A DNA stretch of 55,601 nt, counting the filler, from Bipalium vagum (Eukaryota), in the NCBI GenBank assembly GCA_037834085.1. It is 3 parts of 3 records of this genome, joined end to end, with 100 filler letters (N's around TTAATTAATTAA, not from the genome) between each part and the next. Parts side by side here need not be neighbours in the genome. Positions count along the whole stretch, not along the records: positions 1 to 18,483 come from JBBMKC010027729.1; 2 more parts are not named here. One strand, 5' to 3'. The notes beneath the pieces are model-generated. The model did not search any database. It saw only the letters and a program-made list of their open reading frames with translations, and had not been told where the DNA came from. Position numbers and translations under genes: made by a program. This document shows, in pieces, positions 1-12,560 of this stretch. Within the stretch, counting starts at the first letter, position 1; every line of letters starts with the position of its first letter.

Positions 1-1684
1 CGCACAAACGCAACCTTCAACCGTTAAGACCTGAGAGACATTTACGCTCCGATCTTTAACATCCTTTTTGTCCATCATTATCCAGGATCTTAACACATTT
101 TCTTGTGTAGATTGATATCTTCTTAAATTAAATATTGTCATTTTGATTTTAGTAAAAGAAAAACCTTTTTAAAAAGTTGTAAAAAGTGTGTTTAAAATAA
201 AAGTTTTAAAAATCGTTTTGTTTTCCTTTTTTGTGATCGGTACACTACCTTAAGGAGTCAGATTGAGATAAACTATACACACCCTCACCCTCTCGAAACT
301 TAACAAGTCTATTTAATAAATTCATTTGTGACAAAATACACATTGAAGCACATTACCAAGAGTCCACTCAGACTTGAAGCCATAAGCTTAATTACAGGTA
401 CATTTCTGTCACAATAAAAAATCTTAGTTATTGTGTTTATTTTTAGTTGAGGTGTGAACCGTATACTCGCTTAAATCTTTTGGACTCAGATTTAGCTTAT
501 AATTCGAAAGATTACTTCTGTTTCTTGTATTTTTATTGATATTTATATTAGCTGTTAGGAACTACAGTTAGAGTTGAACGTTTGGTAGACAAAGTGTTAA
601 AAGTAAAATATGACTTGAGTCTCAAGAAAACTTCACCAACTATAATTGTTTTATTTTCATTTTAGTTTGTATTTTTATTGAATTCAACGTTTTATTGACT
701 GATTACAGAGGGTGATTGGCGGTATTCATAAAGCCATTGTGATGTTTGGTTCAGTTAGTTGAAAACAGTGTCAGGTGTATAATCATTTCTTTATTTTGTT
801 GGGAAACTTTAAATGATTTTGATTATTTTTGTACCATTTACTGATTGAATAAAATTTTAGACCTATGAGTTTATTATTTCGGTTTGCTTACAAAGACATT
901 AGATTTTTGGAGTCAGATTAATTTACGTGCCTGGCTAATATTCAAGATATTAGAACTTGATTTGATTTTTGGATATGATTTATGGTTTTATGAGTTAAAT
1001 ACTTTCTGATTCAAAATGAGTTCTAAAAGTCTAACTATAAACGATGCATTTATTGAATTGGATTATAATATACTCAAAACTAACAGATAGTTCTCTTAAC
1101 ACCCACAAGCTTAAATATCAATATTAATTAGTCATAAAAATTAAATTAAAAAGGGAAAATAAAAAAAATAATTTTCTTATCAAAAATTAAATATCTTAAA
1201 TATTACTTTTCAATGATGACTTAACCTTTAAATAAAAACCCAAAAGAATAATTTATAAATTACTATTTGTTATCAATTTTAAAGATTTTAAAATTTTAAA
1301 GTAAGGAATATGGTAAAAGCGACCTTTTTTGAGATATGAGAAATGAAAAATAATGAATTTATTAATAAAGTATCATTTATTAATAGTATATATATTTTCC
1401 CAAAGCTCTCGGGCAGATAATTACAGATAATTGTAATGTCTGGTTCAGATTAATAAGAAAAAACTGCTCTTTAGCAATGATCAAACAAAAATTTGATTAA
1501 ATAAATTTTTATGTGTTTATTTGTTATCAATAATTGAAATTTTTGTGACTAATTTATAAAATGACTTTTTCAATGTAAAAATGCTATTTAAATAATCAGT
1601 CTTACATGTTATTTGTTTAAATTCGAATTCAATTATTTGTGAGAAGGCGCATTATTTGTATATGTAGTTGATAGTAAATTTCTA

Positions 1685-4600
1685 ATGAATGGCATTTTAT
1701 GGAAATGGACAAATTATTATATGGGTAATATAACATAAATGTATAAAATGACTTTCTTTTTTTTCTTAGGTTGGCAACCGAGATGGTTTGTTTTAAAAGA
1801 TGGGATTTTATCATATTATCGATCTGAAGAAGAAGTTCAAAGTGGTTCAAAAGGATCAATCAATTTATCAGTTTGTGACTTAAATGGTATATGGTTATAT
1901 AATATACAAAGTTTATATTTTCAGAATACATTTAAATTTTATTAATTCTTTATTTATTAGTTCCATGTATTTTAGTCTATATTTAAATCATAAAACTACA
2001 TTCTATAAAGCTTTGATATTAAAATAAGTATTTTAAGCTTGTACATGGTTTATAATTCGTTTTTAAATTATTGTCTTTTATAAATATTTATAGCTTTTAT
2101 TGATAGTTAACAGTTTCGATAATACCCGATTTGAAATCTTAATTCCCGGTGAACAAAAATACCATTTGAAAGCTTCAAATATTCAAGAACGTCAGCGTTG
2201 GGTGGTTGCTATCGGCAGTTGGAAAGCATGTCACATTGAACCGGAGTTTGAAATAAACGCGAGCTCTAGTCTTAGTAAAAAAATGATAACCTATCAGAAA
2301 GTTGAAACATAATTGTTTCATTATAGGTCACAGCTTACCGAGCAATGAAATCAGCTCTAAAGAATCAGAAATGAGGTTGTATATGGAGTTAATCAATCAA
2401 CAAGTGTTGTTGATAAAGAACCAGTTGTCCGAAAATAAATGTCCTGATATAATCGTAAGATTCGGTATGATATTTGATGTAACTGCAGAAGTTTGCACGT
2501 AGACAATTAATGATCTCACTTCAACACTTAACGCTGCCTGTGATACTTTCTTGGTCTCGCTGAAGGAGCTGATATCAATAGTCGCATTAAGTAGCATCGG
2601 TTTTGTTGACTCACCACCAGCGTACGTTGGATCGCAACCCTTCTCGTCCTTAAATTCAATCAATGGGGCAGATTACAAAGCAAGAAAGGCTGTCAATATG
2701 ACTTCAGTCACAAGGTTAATCATAAATATTCTGGTTTCTAGTGGTTTTAATTCTCAGCGCCCTTTAAAATATCCTTAAAACGACTTTGGGAACCATGTAT
2801 TTTCAGTTTTCATTTAGTATTGATTTTTTTTTGGAATCGATAAACTTACAAAAAAGTCGTCATAACCAAAAAGCACTCTTATTAAAAAGCCCTTGTAGTT
2901 GTCGTCTTTGTCATAACCGTATTGATTTAGTTAGAGATTTGCGTAATTAATTTTTGGTTTTTTACCATTCTTGGATAAAGATGAGCATAAAAAATGGTAG
3001 CTAGTGAAACTGTTGGCCCGGAGAAATCGGAGAACAAATCAGAATGGGAACTGAAATGTAATTGGTGGTCGGCTTTCCCATACCCGATTATCAAGAATAC
3101 GATTGAATTAAAATTGGATTACGCTTGCTAGCAAATAATCGATCCCTTTGTGTTGATTCTTTAACTTCTTGTCTATATATTATATAATTATCGATTAGTG
3201 GTAATATTGTGCAGATAACGAGAATCGTTTATGTCACATTCATATAATTTTTGATAAAAGAGATAATTGGTGACAATTGCCTCTTTTCTCTGTATAGTTA
3301 ATTTTAAATGAATTTTTCAATTTTCTAAGAGAAATGTTATTTACATAATTAAACTAGTTGCAATCGTTAAGGAAATTAAAATGTAACAATATTGGAGAAT
3401 ATTTAATAATTATTGATTTATTTAAAACAGGAATTATAAAATTATAATTTCTGACTTATCTGACAAATAATAACCTGACAATGATTATTTTCAAAACACT
3501 GAAAATGAAAATCATTGTTGGGATTTCATTTGATTTATTGATAAAAATGTAAAGGGTTTTTTGGTGATTTTTGATAAAATAAATTTAAAATTGATTATTG
3601 TATTTCTAATTAATGATAGACAAATCAATATTCTTATTGATTTTTTGTTGTTATTATTGACTTTGTTTTTTGCAGCTTATGTAATTTTTTCACCTGGTAA
3701 ATACTTTGACAATATTTCTATGGAGATCTGTAATGAATATATTCATATAAAAGTGCTCACCAGGAATGACTGAAAATTTTGGATCACTCTGTTTTATCAA
3801 ATATATTTTTGACATTACTGAATCTGACACCATTGTTCTATTTCCACACAGTTTGTTTTAAGACTTTGAGGCACAGACACCTGTTTATACAATTTTAACA
3901 AAAAATCTCACTATGACGACGCGTGTCGATAAATGATCTAACTGATTTCGGTAAATGGAACGAATTTCGAGCTGTTCATGCTCAGATTAGTTTTTTAAGT
4001 GGTTTAAAAAATATTCAACGCGCATCATAAGTTTCCATAAAGTGGAACAAATTTAATACCATAATTTGTCAGAGTTAAAATTAGTAGAATAATTTAAAAA
4101 ATCATTGTGACATCTTATTTTCTATATTATTTTTATTTTTCTTACTCATTATTATTGATTTTTTCAATAAAAATAATTGAAAAGTATTTTCAATGATCAG
4201 TTGTGAAATAATTATCAATTAAAAATTTATAAATGATAATTAAATTGAATTAAAAAATATTTTTATTCTCATAATAAAAAGAGGTCTAGAAAGATGGGGG
4301 TGGGAGAACGTAAACCTCTTGTGAGCTAGTGTCACTCAAAATCTTTATATCCATGTTGTCTGTTCTCTTCTCTGTTTTATCTCTGGTGAGTTGAGAATTT
4401 CAGTAGATGTTTGTGAAAATATTTTAGTTTTTAGGGTGTGACTTTATGGTTGAGCGCAGTTATGTGATTGGTGTGCTAGCTAATGAAAACATTCTCAGAA
4501 CTGTCATCATTATTGATGCTGATCAGTCCACCATAAAATTATCATTGTTTTTTTTATTATTGAAAAATGTTCTTTTTTTTTGTTTTATTGATTTTTGCAC

Positions 4601-7600
4601 AACATTCATTCTATAAGATTAAAAACTAAAAATATCAAATCAAAAATGAATTGGAAAAGGGAAATATAAATTAGTTATCATTATTATTTTTATTGTTTTT
4701 CACAGATCAGCTTAAATTAGCTTATTGAGTAGATTATTTTTAAGATTTTTTGTGGAAGATTTTAATTATTTAACATAATTTTAAGTTCAACGTTTGAAGA
4801 AAATTTGAACTTAAAATTCCTTTACCCTTAATATTGGACAATTCTCATTTTCTCTTGTAAATGATTTTGTGAACCAATCAATTGATTTTCAGGGGAAATT
4901 GATTAATAACTAAATTTTTGTGAATATCACAACGAAAATAAATAAATTTTCTTCATAAAATTTGAAATGTCATTTATTGATGTTTTTAATGGTAAAATCT
5001 CTGTTGGACATGGATAGATTTTATATGATAAACAAAAAATACACAGAGTGTTAATAAATTTTAAGAAAATCATTTTCTCGTATCTAGAATTGAATTTAGA
5101 ATCTGGGAAATTTCTCCAATATTAATTTAAATACAGTGAAACCTGCATAAATGAACAACTTTGTTAGCTGAACACCTCTTTTATTTGAACATTTAATTCC
5201 GTACACTGTAAATATAAGTTAAACTTGAACACCTTGATTATCTGAACACCTCTCTAATTTGAACTTTTCAGCAAGGACACTATGATGTTCAATTTAAGCA
5301 GGTTTCACTGTATAGAAATGAAATATCGCTCTTGTCTTTCAATTTTTGCTTATGAAAAACAAGTGCCTTTCAATGACAGTTGGTTTTAGAATCGACTGGT
5401 TTCGATTGATTATTATTATTATTAGACATTTGTTATATTCTGCTGAGAAGGCAAATGAAAAAGTCCTTTAAACATCTCATTATTACTTTTGATGAAAATA
5501 GGTTTTTTATGAAAATCCGAAACAAGAAAATCATAGGTCAATTCGGAAAATCAACACCTAAATGAGACTTGCATTGATACACCGCGAAGTTTATTTTTTA
5601 AAATTTATTTTGAGCTGCTGAACAAACATGGATTAATGGTTACCAGCTACAGTTAATAAAATTGATGCAAACATTAGACGAAAGACGGCCAGACTATTTT
5701 ATAAGACATGATACGGTTTTGTTACAGCATGATACGTCTCGACTTCACACTTCGATTTTAGTGAAGAATATGGATGGGAAGTTTTTCCTCAACAGACATC
5801 AAATCAATGAATCAAGGCCTTTCTAAATTCATAATTCATTATGATGTCGAGAAATGGCTTGAATGTTGGGTTGTTTCAAAAAGTTTCCGAACTAGCATAT
5901 TTAAAAGACAACATAAATTATAAATATTTATTTTACAAGTACAGCATCATACATTCTCAAAATACTTGCCAAGGCATCAATACATTTTGTCCAGAGCATA
6001 GGAAGGTCATTTAACGCATCATGGAACATATGCATAAAAAGCGAAGTCTTTTCTAAGTCATCTGAGGACTCAAATATCATTTCACGAAGGTGTTTTTTTA
6101 ATTTTCCAAAAAAGACAATAATTAGTTGACCAAATCAGGACTGTATGGAAGGTGAAGTAAGAGCTTGAATTCTTATTTGTCGATTGCATCTTGAGTGATA
6201 CCGCTTGTGTGAACCGGAGCATTGTCCTATTGTAGCCTGTGGGACAGTCCTTGTGGCTTCCGGATGATGCCACGCAACTTGGAGATGAGACCAGCATAGT
6301 ATTGGCATGTAATTTTCTTACTCTTCCAAAAAATTCAACATAATTCGACTACTGTTCCAAAAAACAGTAAGCATGATTTTTCTGTGTTTAGTTTTGCCTC
6401 TTTAAACCATCCATTTCTTTCCATCTTCAGGCTTTCACCATTCTCTTGACCCACAAACTGGTAGTTTTAAATGATATGCAAATCTTTTAAAAATTTACAT
6501 GCTTCTTAGGCTTGTCCAGAATCTTTTTCAACGAATCATGTATCTAACATAATAACGATCACAAGAAATCATTTTTATTTAAATAAATCAATTTGTTTGT
6601 AGAATATTGAGGTTATATTTCTTATTTGGCCAATATTTATTTAATGGCTAAACAAAATTAAATGTATTATGAAGAAAAATGAGAAAATTTGATGAAAACA
6701 GGTAAAAGTAATGACCACGAATTTAATAGTCAGTAAATGATAAAATTTCTATATTTAATTAATAATAATTGAAAAATGCATTTTTCTTTCCTCAAAATAA
6801 TAGATATGTGGTAGAATGACAAAAAAGTTAAATCTAATTGTTTTCGCTCTATTAATGTACATTGTAATTTTTTACAAAATAATTCTAATGAATCATGAAC
6901 TTTTATATTTTTACAAAATGAAAGCTTACTCAATTATTGAAAATACATTGAAATACAATATATGAAAATATTGTATAAAAAATATTTCATTAATATTATG
7001 TTCTGTATAATTACTTCTAATGTCAATTATTGATCAATAAATATTTTTGATGTGCTGTCTAAACAAACCAGTCTCAAATTCTTTAGTAAAAATAAAATAT
7101 AAAAAACATTTAAAACAATTTAAGTTTGAAAAATTTCGAATTAAATTAAGGTTTCCCTATAAACAATCGATAAAAATGGTTCATTAACGAGAAAAAATCA
7201 TTTGTCAATAGGGACATGTTTACTGAAGCTTCAACAGATTTTTTTTTAATCAGATATTTTATCTGCTGTAAGCAACCGATATTGCACAATTTGATGATGT
7301 ATTGCATGGAAGTACAGTCATGATTATAATATAAATAATTAATCCTTTTAAAACTCAAGATTTGCAAAGAAAAGCAATTCATTAATCTACTCTAAACTAT
7401 AGAGAAAATTGTATGAAATTATATGTGAAAATTTTAATAAAGCTTATTCAAAGGAAAGTTTGGCAGAACTGTGTGATTTGCGCTTTCGCAGGTTATTCAA
7501 TTATTCAAACTGGAACTTATCAATAATTAGGATCTGTTCAATTTCCTTGTCGTTGGCATCTAATTTAATCAATGATTATTTGCGAGAAAGCAGCAACCAT

Positions 7601-10600
7601 TGAAACAAATGATAGTTGATGTGGCACTTCATCATTCATACTTTCTTTGTCTTCTTCAAAATGATACTCTTCTGTTTGAGAATCTATATTGACAGTTTAT
7701 TAATTTTAAAAAGCGGTTAAAAATACTTATTTTCAATAAAAGCACACCAAAAAATTAACTGAGAAAATAAAATTATGACATTTATTTGATCAACGAATTA
7801 TCCTCAAGTGTCCATCACTTTACCATAAACAGAATCTTGATTCATCACCAAAGATGATTTTATTTCATTCGTCACTTCAATGATATCATTTTAGACACCA
7901 AGTAAGTTTTGTGGATTTACCATATAAAATAAATGGTATATATCGCTTTAGACGGTATGAGTCTAGACCAATACCAGCATCTTTGGTATGTGGTGCTGAA
8001 AGAAGCGATTTTTCTAAGATTCATTTTCCAATTTTTGTGGTCTGTATAAATCCGTCTCTAACAGCTAGGAGATAAAGATGTCTATCTTCATGTTCGTTGT
8101 AAGCCTTACTAACATCATGCATTCTATACTCGTAAAATAAAGAAATAATTTTTTCCCAAACGTTTAGTCATTTTCTGAAATTTATTACCCCTTCATAAAG
8201 TTCAATTATTCACCCTACAATATCTGTTGTAGAAAATTCGATATAAATGAATATTTTTCATTAATTTTAGTAAAAAAAGACCAGGTATTAAAATATCCGT
8301 TATAATCAATTCTGTTGTAACTCGAGTCTCCTGTATATTTTAGAAATGTATAAAATCTTAATTATGAACTTTGATGGTAGATAAGTTTTGGTAAAAAAGT
8401 TTTTGTTTAAGAAATAATAATGTCTTTTTATTATAAATATATGGACAGGATGGATTGCTTTATTCAGACTTTTTAAATATTTTATTTACCTTTACAAATA
8501 ATCAATAATTATATTATTATCAGACTTTCCAAATACTATCATTTAATTAAAACTACTGGTATTCGAGATTTGGCATTTTAACTTGCCGAAGTAGGTAAGA
8601 ATTTACGAAGTGATGTTTCAACGTCCACATTGCAACAAGAATATGGGCTCAAAGTGTATCTGAGGCTGATTTACAGAACATTCATCGAAAATTAAATTTC
8701 CTTCCAGTTTAATGATGTGAGTGGGTGCATGTTACAATGGAACCACAAAAGTGGTATTCATATATGAAAAAATAAATTTTAATAATTATATTGAGAATGT
8801 ATTACGAGTAGCACTCAAAGAAGGTAAAAAAATTGATGAGAGATAATTGGGTGCTTCAACAAGATGTCTATACTGCAAAACGTACACAAGAATGATGTAT
8901 AACACATTTTAGTTCATTTATTTATTCTGACAAATGATCTCCAAGTAGTCCTGATTCAAACCCGTTAGATTATTTAATTTGAACTAAACTGTGACGGAAT
9001 ATGAATTGGAGAAAAATTGCAAACAAAAACACACTTAAAGAAGAAATTTTGATAAGGATGCAAGAAAATTAGACAACGTTCTGTACAGTTCAGTGTGGAC
9101 TCATGGACTAAAGGATGTTTTAGAGTAAAACGAAATGAAGGAAATATTTTAGTTGATTAATTTATTCACTTTAATAAATATATACTCATGTTGTTCATCG
9201 TTATATATTTTATTTAAGTGTTTATAAATGTATTCATTATTATTTGACGTTTTTATTTATTCTGAGTCACCCGATATTTTTATTGGTTAAAAATGTATAC
9301 TATCTTGTTTTTTGTATATAATTTTAATAGTTTCTTATTAAAAAGTATATTTGTCTTATTATAGAATAATTGCTTATTTTAATTATGTAATTTTAAAAAT
9401 AATTATTAATTTTGATCGATAAATTATAGTATTTTTTATAAAAATCATTATAAAAAAATACTCAGGCAATCGATCGATAATGATTTGCCTAGATCCCGTA
9501 CTCGCAAGTCACTGTCTCAAGAAACAAATTTGTCCATCGATCAAACGTTCTTGGAAAACCGAAGAAACTCTAACTTTTTCAGCCAAATGACGCATAGCTT
9601 TGTAGACTGGAGTAAAATGGTTGAAACAAACGGTAAAATTGGCACAGAGAATTACATCAACTCTTTCTGGTCTCTGTTGCATTTCATGGATAATTTCACA
9701 TCCTCTCCAATCGTCTCTTTGAAAATGGACATTGTCGCTGATGTCAAAGTAAGTCGAGTGTTTTGGTTACGAAATGACTCTATGCTCACAATTGGAACAT
9801 ATTGCAGCGACTGTCACAAAAATACGAAGCCGACCGGGAGAAATTTTTCACTTTGGACTGTATAATAAAATCGGAGAACTGTAACTCCTCTATCCAGTTG
9901 AATGTGGAATCGGCCACATATGTCATCAGGTCTTTGAATAGGTAATCATAAATATCCATTGATTTTTTGAAAATAAGAACTCTTTCTTGTACTTTTATTA
10001 ATATCATTATCTGTTTTTTAAAAATAATTTTTTACAATATATTGATAAAATATATTTATATTGATTTTTTAAATTAGCTCTATATAAAAATTTTTATATT
10101 AAATGAAAATTAAATGTCATATCATTTAAATTACTTTGAGCTGTTTCATTAAGTGATAATTGTTTACGATTGCTTGAGATACTCTTATATCACAATTTTT
10201 ATTATAATAACGTTCGTCAGATGTCTGGTGTTCATTGAACGGTTTATGCAATATTTCCAAGACTGGTTGAAAGTGGACACTGCCTCTGATTACGACGAGG
10301 CTAGTGTGTTAAAAACGCTCATCACTCGAGCGTACAATGATACCTTGGAAGCGAAAATGAATTGGCTCAACCAAGGTCTGTTTACGGTAAATATTTACCT
10401 TGCTTTCCATACTCATTACAACTGTTACTGGTTGCAGATTATCACCCGATCCTTGCCATCACTGTCAGAATTCATGTGTCATTTGTTATGCCAATGTGAC
10501 GAAATCGGAAAGTCGTTCGGGGACATTCTCTTGTCCTTTCGTTATGCCATCGATCAGTTACTCGTCGACATGGATATTTACAGGAATAGCATGTTGGAAA

Positions 10601-10650
10601 TTAATTCCCATCTGAAGCAGTCATTGTCCGATTTGCGAATTGAGTTGTGA
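1685..10650 (+). CDS. PLEKHA8: PH-domain + GLTP-domain lipid transfer protein (FAPP2/PLEKHA8-like), 9 coding exons
   Basis: Exons 1685-1724, 1770-1886, 2107-2274, 2327-2454, 2503-2714, 9466-9748, 9808-9941, 10221-10386, 10438-10650 all have GT-AG ends with matching phases. Translation [30 protein letters not shown]...[54 protein letters not shown] matches the FAPP PH domain. [14 protein letters not shown] and LNAACDTFL match the FAPP helical linker. [25 protein letters not shown]...AYNDTL..NW matches the GLTP fold. The start codon could lie slightly upstream. Confidence 0.9.
3800..4060 (-). mobile_element. Decayed mariner 5' fragment in the long PLEKHA8 intron
   Basis: Weak, stop-riddled resemblance to a mariner transposase N-terminal HTH region. 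Boundaries approximate. Confidence 0.3.
5134..5310. mobile_element. pogo/Tigger-type MITE, 177 bp
   Basis: TIRs CAGTGAAACCTGC.TAAAT.GAACA / TGTTCAATTTAAGCAGGTTTCACTG, flanked by a TA target duplication on both sides. Internal repeats of TGAACACCT. Confidence 0.92.
5520..5900 (+). mobile_element. Decayed mariner transposase fragment
   Basis: [11 protein letters not shown] (degenerate HDNARPH) and GWEVFPQ (GWEVLPH), with many stops and deletions. Confidence 0.55.
5940..6540 (-). mobile_element. Decayed mariner transposase fragment
   Basis: Minus strand reads [10 protein letters not shown], followed by a degenerate PDL.PxDYxLF-like stretch (...[11 protein letters not shown]). Confidence 0.6.
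8560..9275 (+). mobile_element. maT/DD37D-type Tc1/mariner remnant
   Basis: [13 protein letters not shown] at about 8941-8982 corresponds to WPPxSPDLNPLDYxxW. TIR-like end GAGTCACCCGATA at about 9265-9277. Confidence 0.65.
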
Positions 10651-11970
10651 TTTCCGTTTTGTGTTTCTCTGTGATTGATATATATATTCCGTTTTTCATT
10701 TAATTCCAAATTTGTTGCAGAAATTAGAATTGAACCGAAATGATAATATTTCGATAATTCTAAATATAGTTTTATTGAATTACTTAATCGATTTTCAATT
10801 TAAAATCTTAGTAATTAAATCATTTTATTTAATTTTTGAATAGGAAAATGAATTAATAGCATTTTTAAATAATTAGTTTTCGGTAAAATAATATGATGAA
10901 TGAGATAAGTTGAAAGGATCGTGCTGAAAAAATTGTATTGCTTAATTATTGTTAAAATACTGTAGTTTCTAAACTGGTAGGATCTTATGCTCACTTGATA
11001 ACTTGAACTTTGATAAGCCTTAAAATAATTATTTTCATATATGGATCTTTTTATCCTAAAAATAGTCTTTGTAATTATTTGTTTTCTAATTTTCACAATA
11101 GAATATGTATAGAAAAATAATGAAATTCCAAAAAATTAATGGAACAGTGTTAGTTAATAATAGAGAAAGAAGTAATAAGCAATTGTATTATATGTCAAAG
11201 GAAATAATAATGGTGATTAAAGATAATCTGAAAAATAAAAACGAAATTTAACTTATTTACTGAGGCAAAAAGTGTTCCTGTTCTGTTCTTTAACACAATT
11301 AAAACTTTTAAACTCATTTAAAATACTGCCTATCATAATAGTATCCTAATTAGGATAGAACTTTCGATGGCTTCTGTTCGAAGAGATCTTCAGAGGAAAG
11401 TCGCTATTAGAGTGAATAAACGATTGGTAACTTGAAGAAAAGAACATATTCAAGAGTAAGAAATTGAATGTAGTACTTCAGATGAAAAGAGTACCACTAT
11501 TATTATAATTTCGTTGGTTCCTATGAAACCTGAAATTCAGTTTTAGAAATAAATATTTCTCTTTTTATAAAACTTAATTAAGATTTTTTGTATTTTTACA
11601 ATTCACTCGTTCGTATTTATATATTATTTTGCTAACCAAGGACTTCATGTTAAAAATTGTAGTTCCTAATCTGTAATTCATTGAGTCTTTTTCAATGTCT
11701 ACTTCTACTGATGAACTTTTCATACTAGTTCTCTATTGTTAGTAATTGTTGAGTTCCTTTTTATTTCAAATTAGTTCTTTTTTTCTAAAAATCTTTTATA
11801 GCATGTTTTATGAAGTGTGCAAATGAATTAGTACAAGTTTTTATTGAAAGACCTAAATTTTCAAGTTAATGTCTAGTGATTGTAAAATATAACTGTTAGA
11901 ATTACGCCACAACCCTTCTTTATAATACATACGACAACCCTATTTAAATAATTATGTATTACATAATAAG

Positions 11971-12560
11971 TACAGTAAATTTTCAATTATTTGCCATTTT
12001 TGGGACTTGGCTAATTTGTGACAAATAAAAGAATTGGAATAATAGAATAAAATGAAACAAATAAAATTTATTTTTGAATAAAATATACTAAAATCCCTTT
12101 GTCATTAATTGACCTCTTTTGATTATATATAAGAAATTCTTTTTTAAATTCAAATCGATTTCGTCCATTTCAGTTTGTTGGCTTAAGTAAACGTCAATTT
12201 TCTAAAGGTACTTTAAAAGTGTCATAAGTTCCTGATCTTTGTTATCTCTTCTACTTTTTCCTCAATTTCATTAACTAATTCTAAAATACTTCCTGGATTG
12301 GAATCAGAATATTCGTGAACAATTTCCTCATTTTCTGTATCCAAAATATCAATGTTTATTATATATATATAAAAATCACAGACATCCATATACCTATTAA
12401 AACAATTAAAATTGCGAAAATTCTTTTTTCTGAAAGTCCATTGAAGACTCGATTTTTTATATTTTCCTCCAAGGAGAACTCAGTCATTGATCATTCTATA
12501 TTCGAGAGAAAATAAATTAAAATCACTTTTATTCTCTCAAACCATAATTGCAATCTGACA
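11971..12560 (-). mobile_element. Possible pogo/Tigger remnant (3' end)
   Basis: TA-CAGTAAA terminus at 11971, typical of pogo TIRs, plus an acidic decayed reading on the minus strand (DILDTENEEIVHEYSDSNPGSILELVNEIEE). Confidence 0.35.

Noticed and set aside
1-1000. LTR-like or MITE-like features (AATAAA...TGTGACA at 327-333, TGTCACA at 407-413 forming an imperfect inverted repeat)
   Set aside because: Probably repeat-derived, but no PBS, PPT, TSD or coding motif could be tied to it and the left end is outside the window.
3561-3773. Short hydrophobic ORFs in AT-rich DNA (also 10815-11096, 33681-33893, 35136-35321 and others)
   Set aside because: Ile/Leu/Phe/Lys/Asn-rich translations are expected by chance at this AT content; no splice or homology support.
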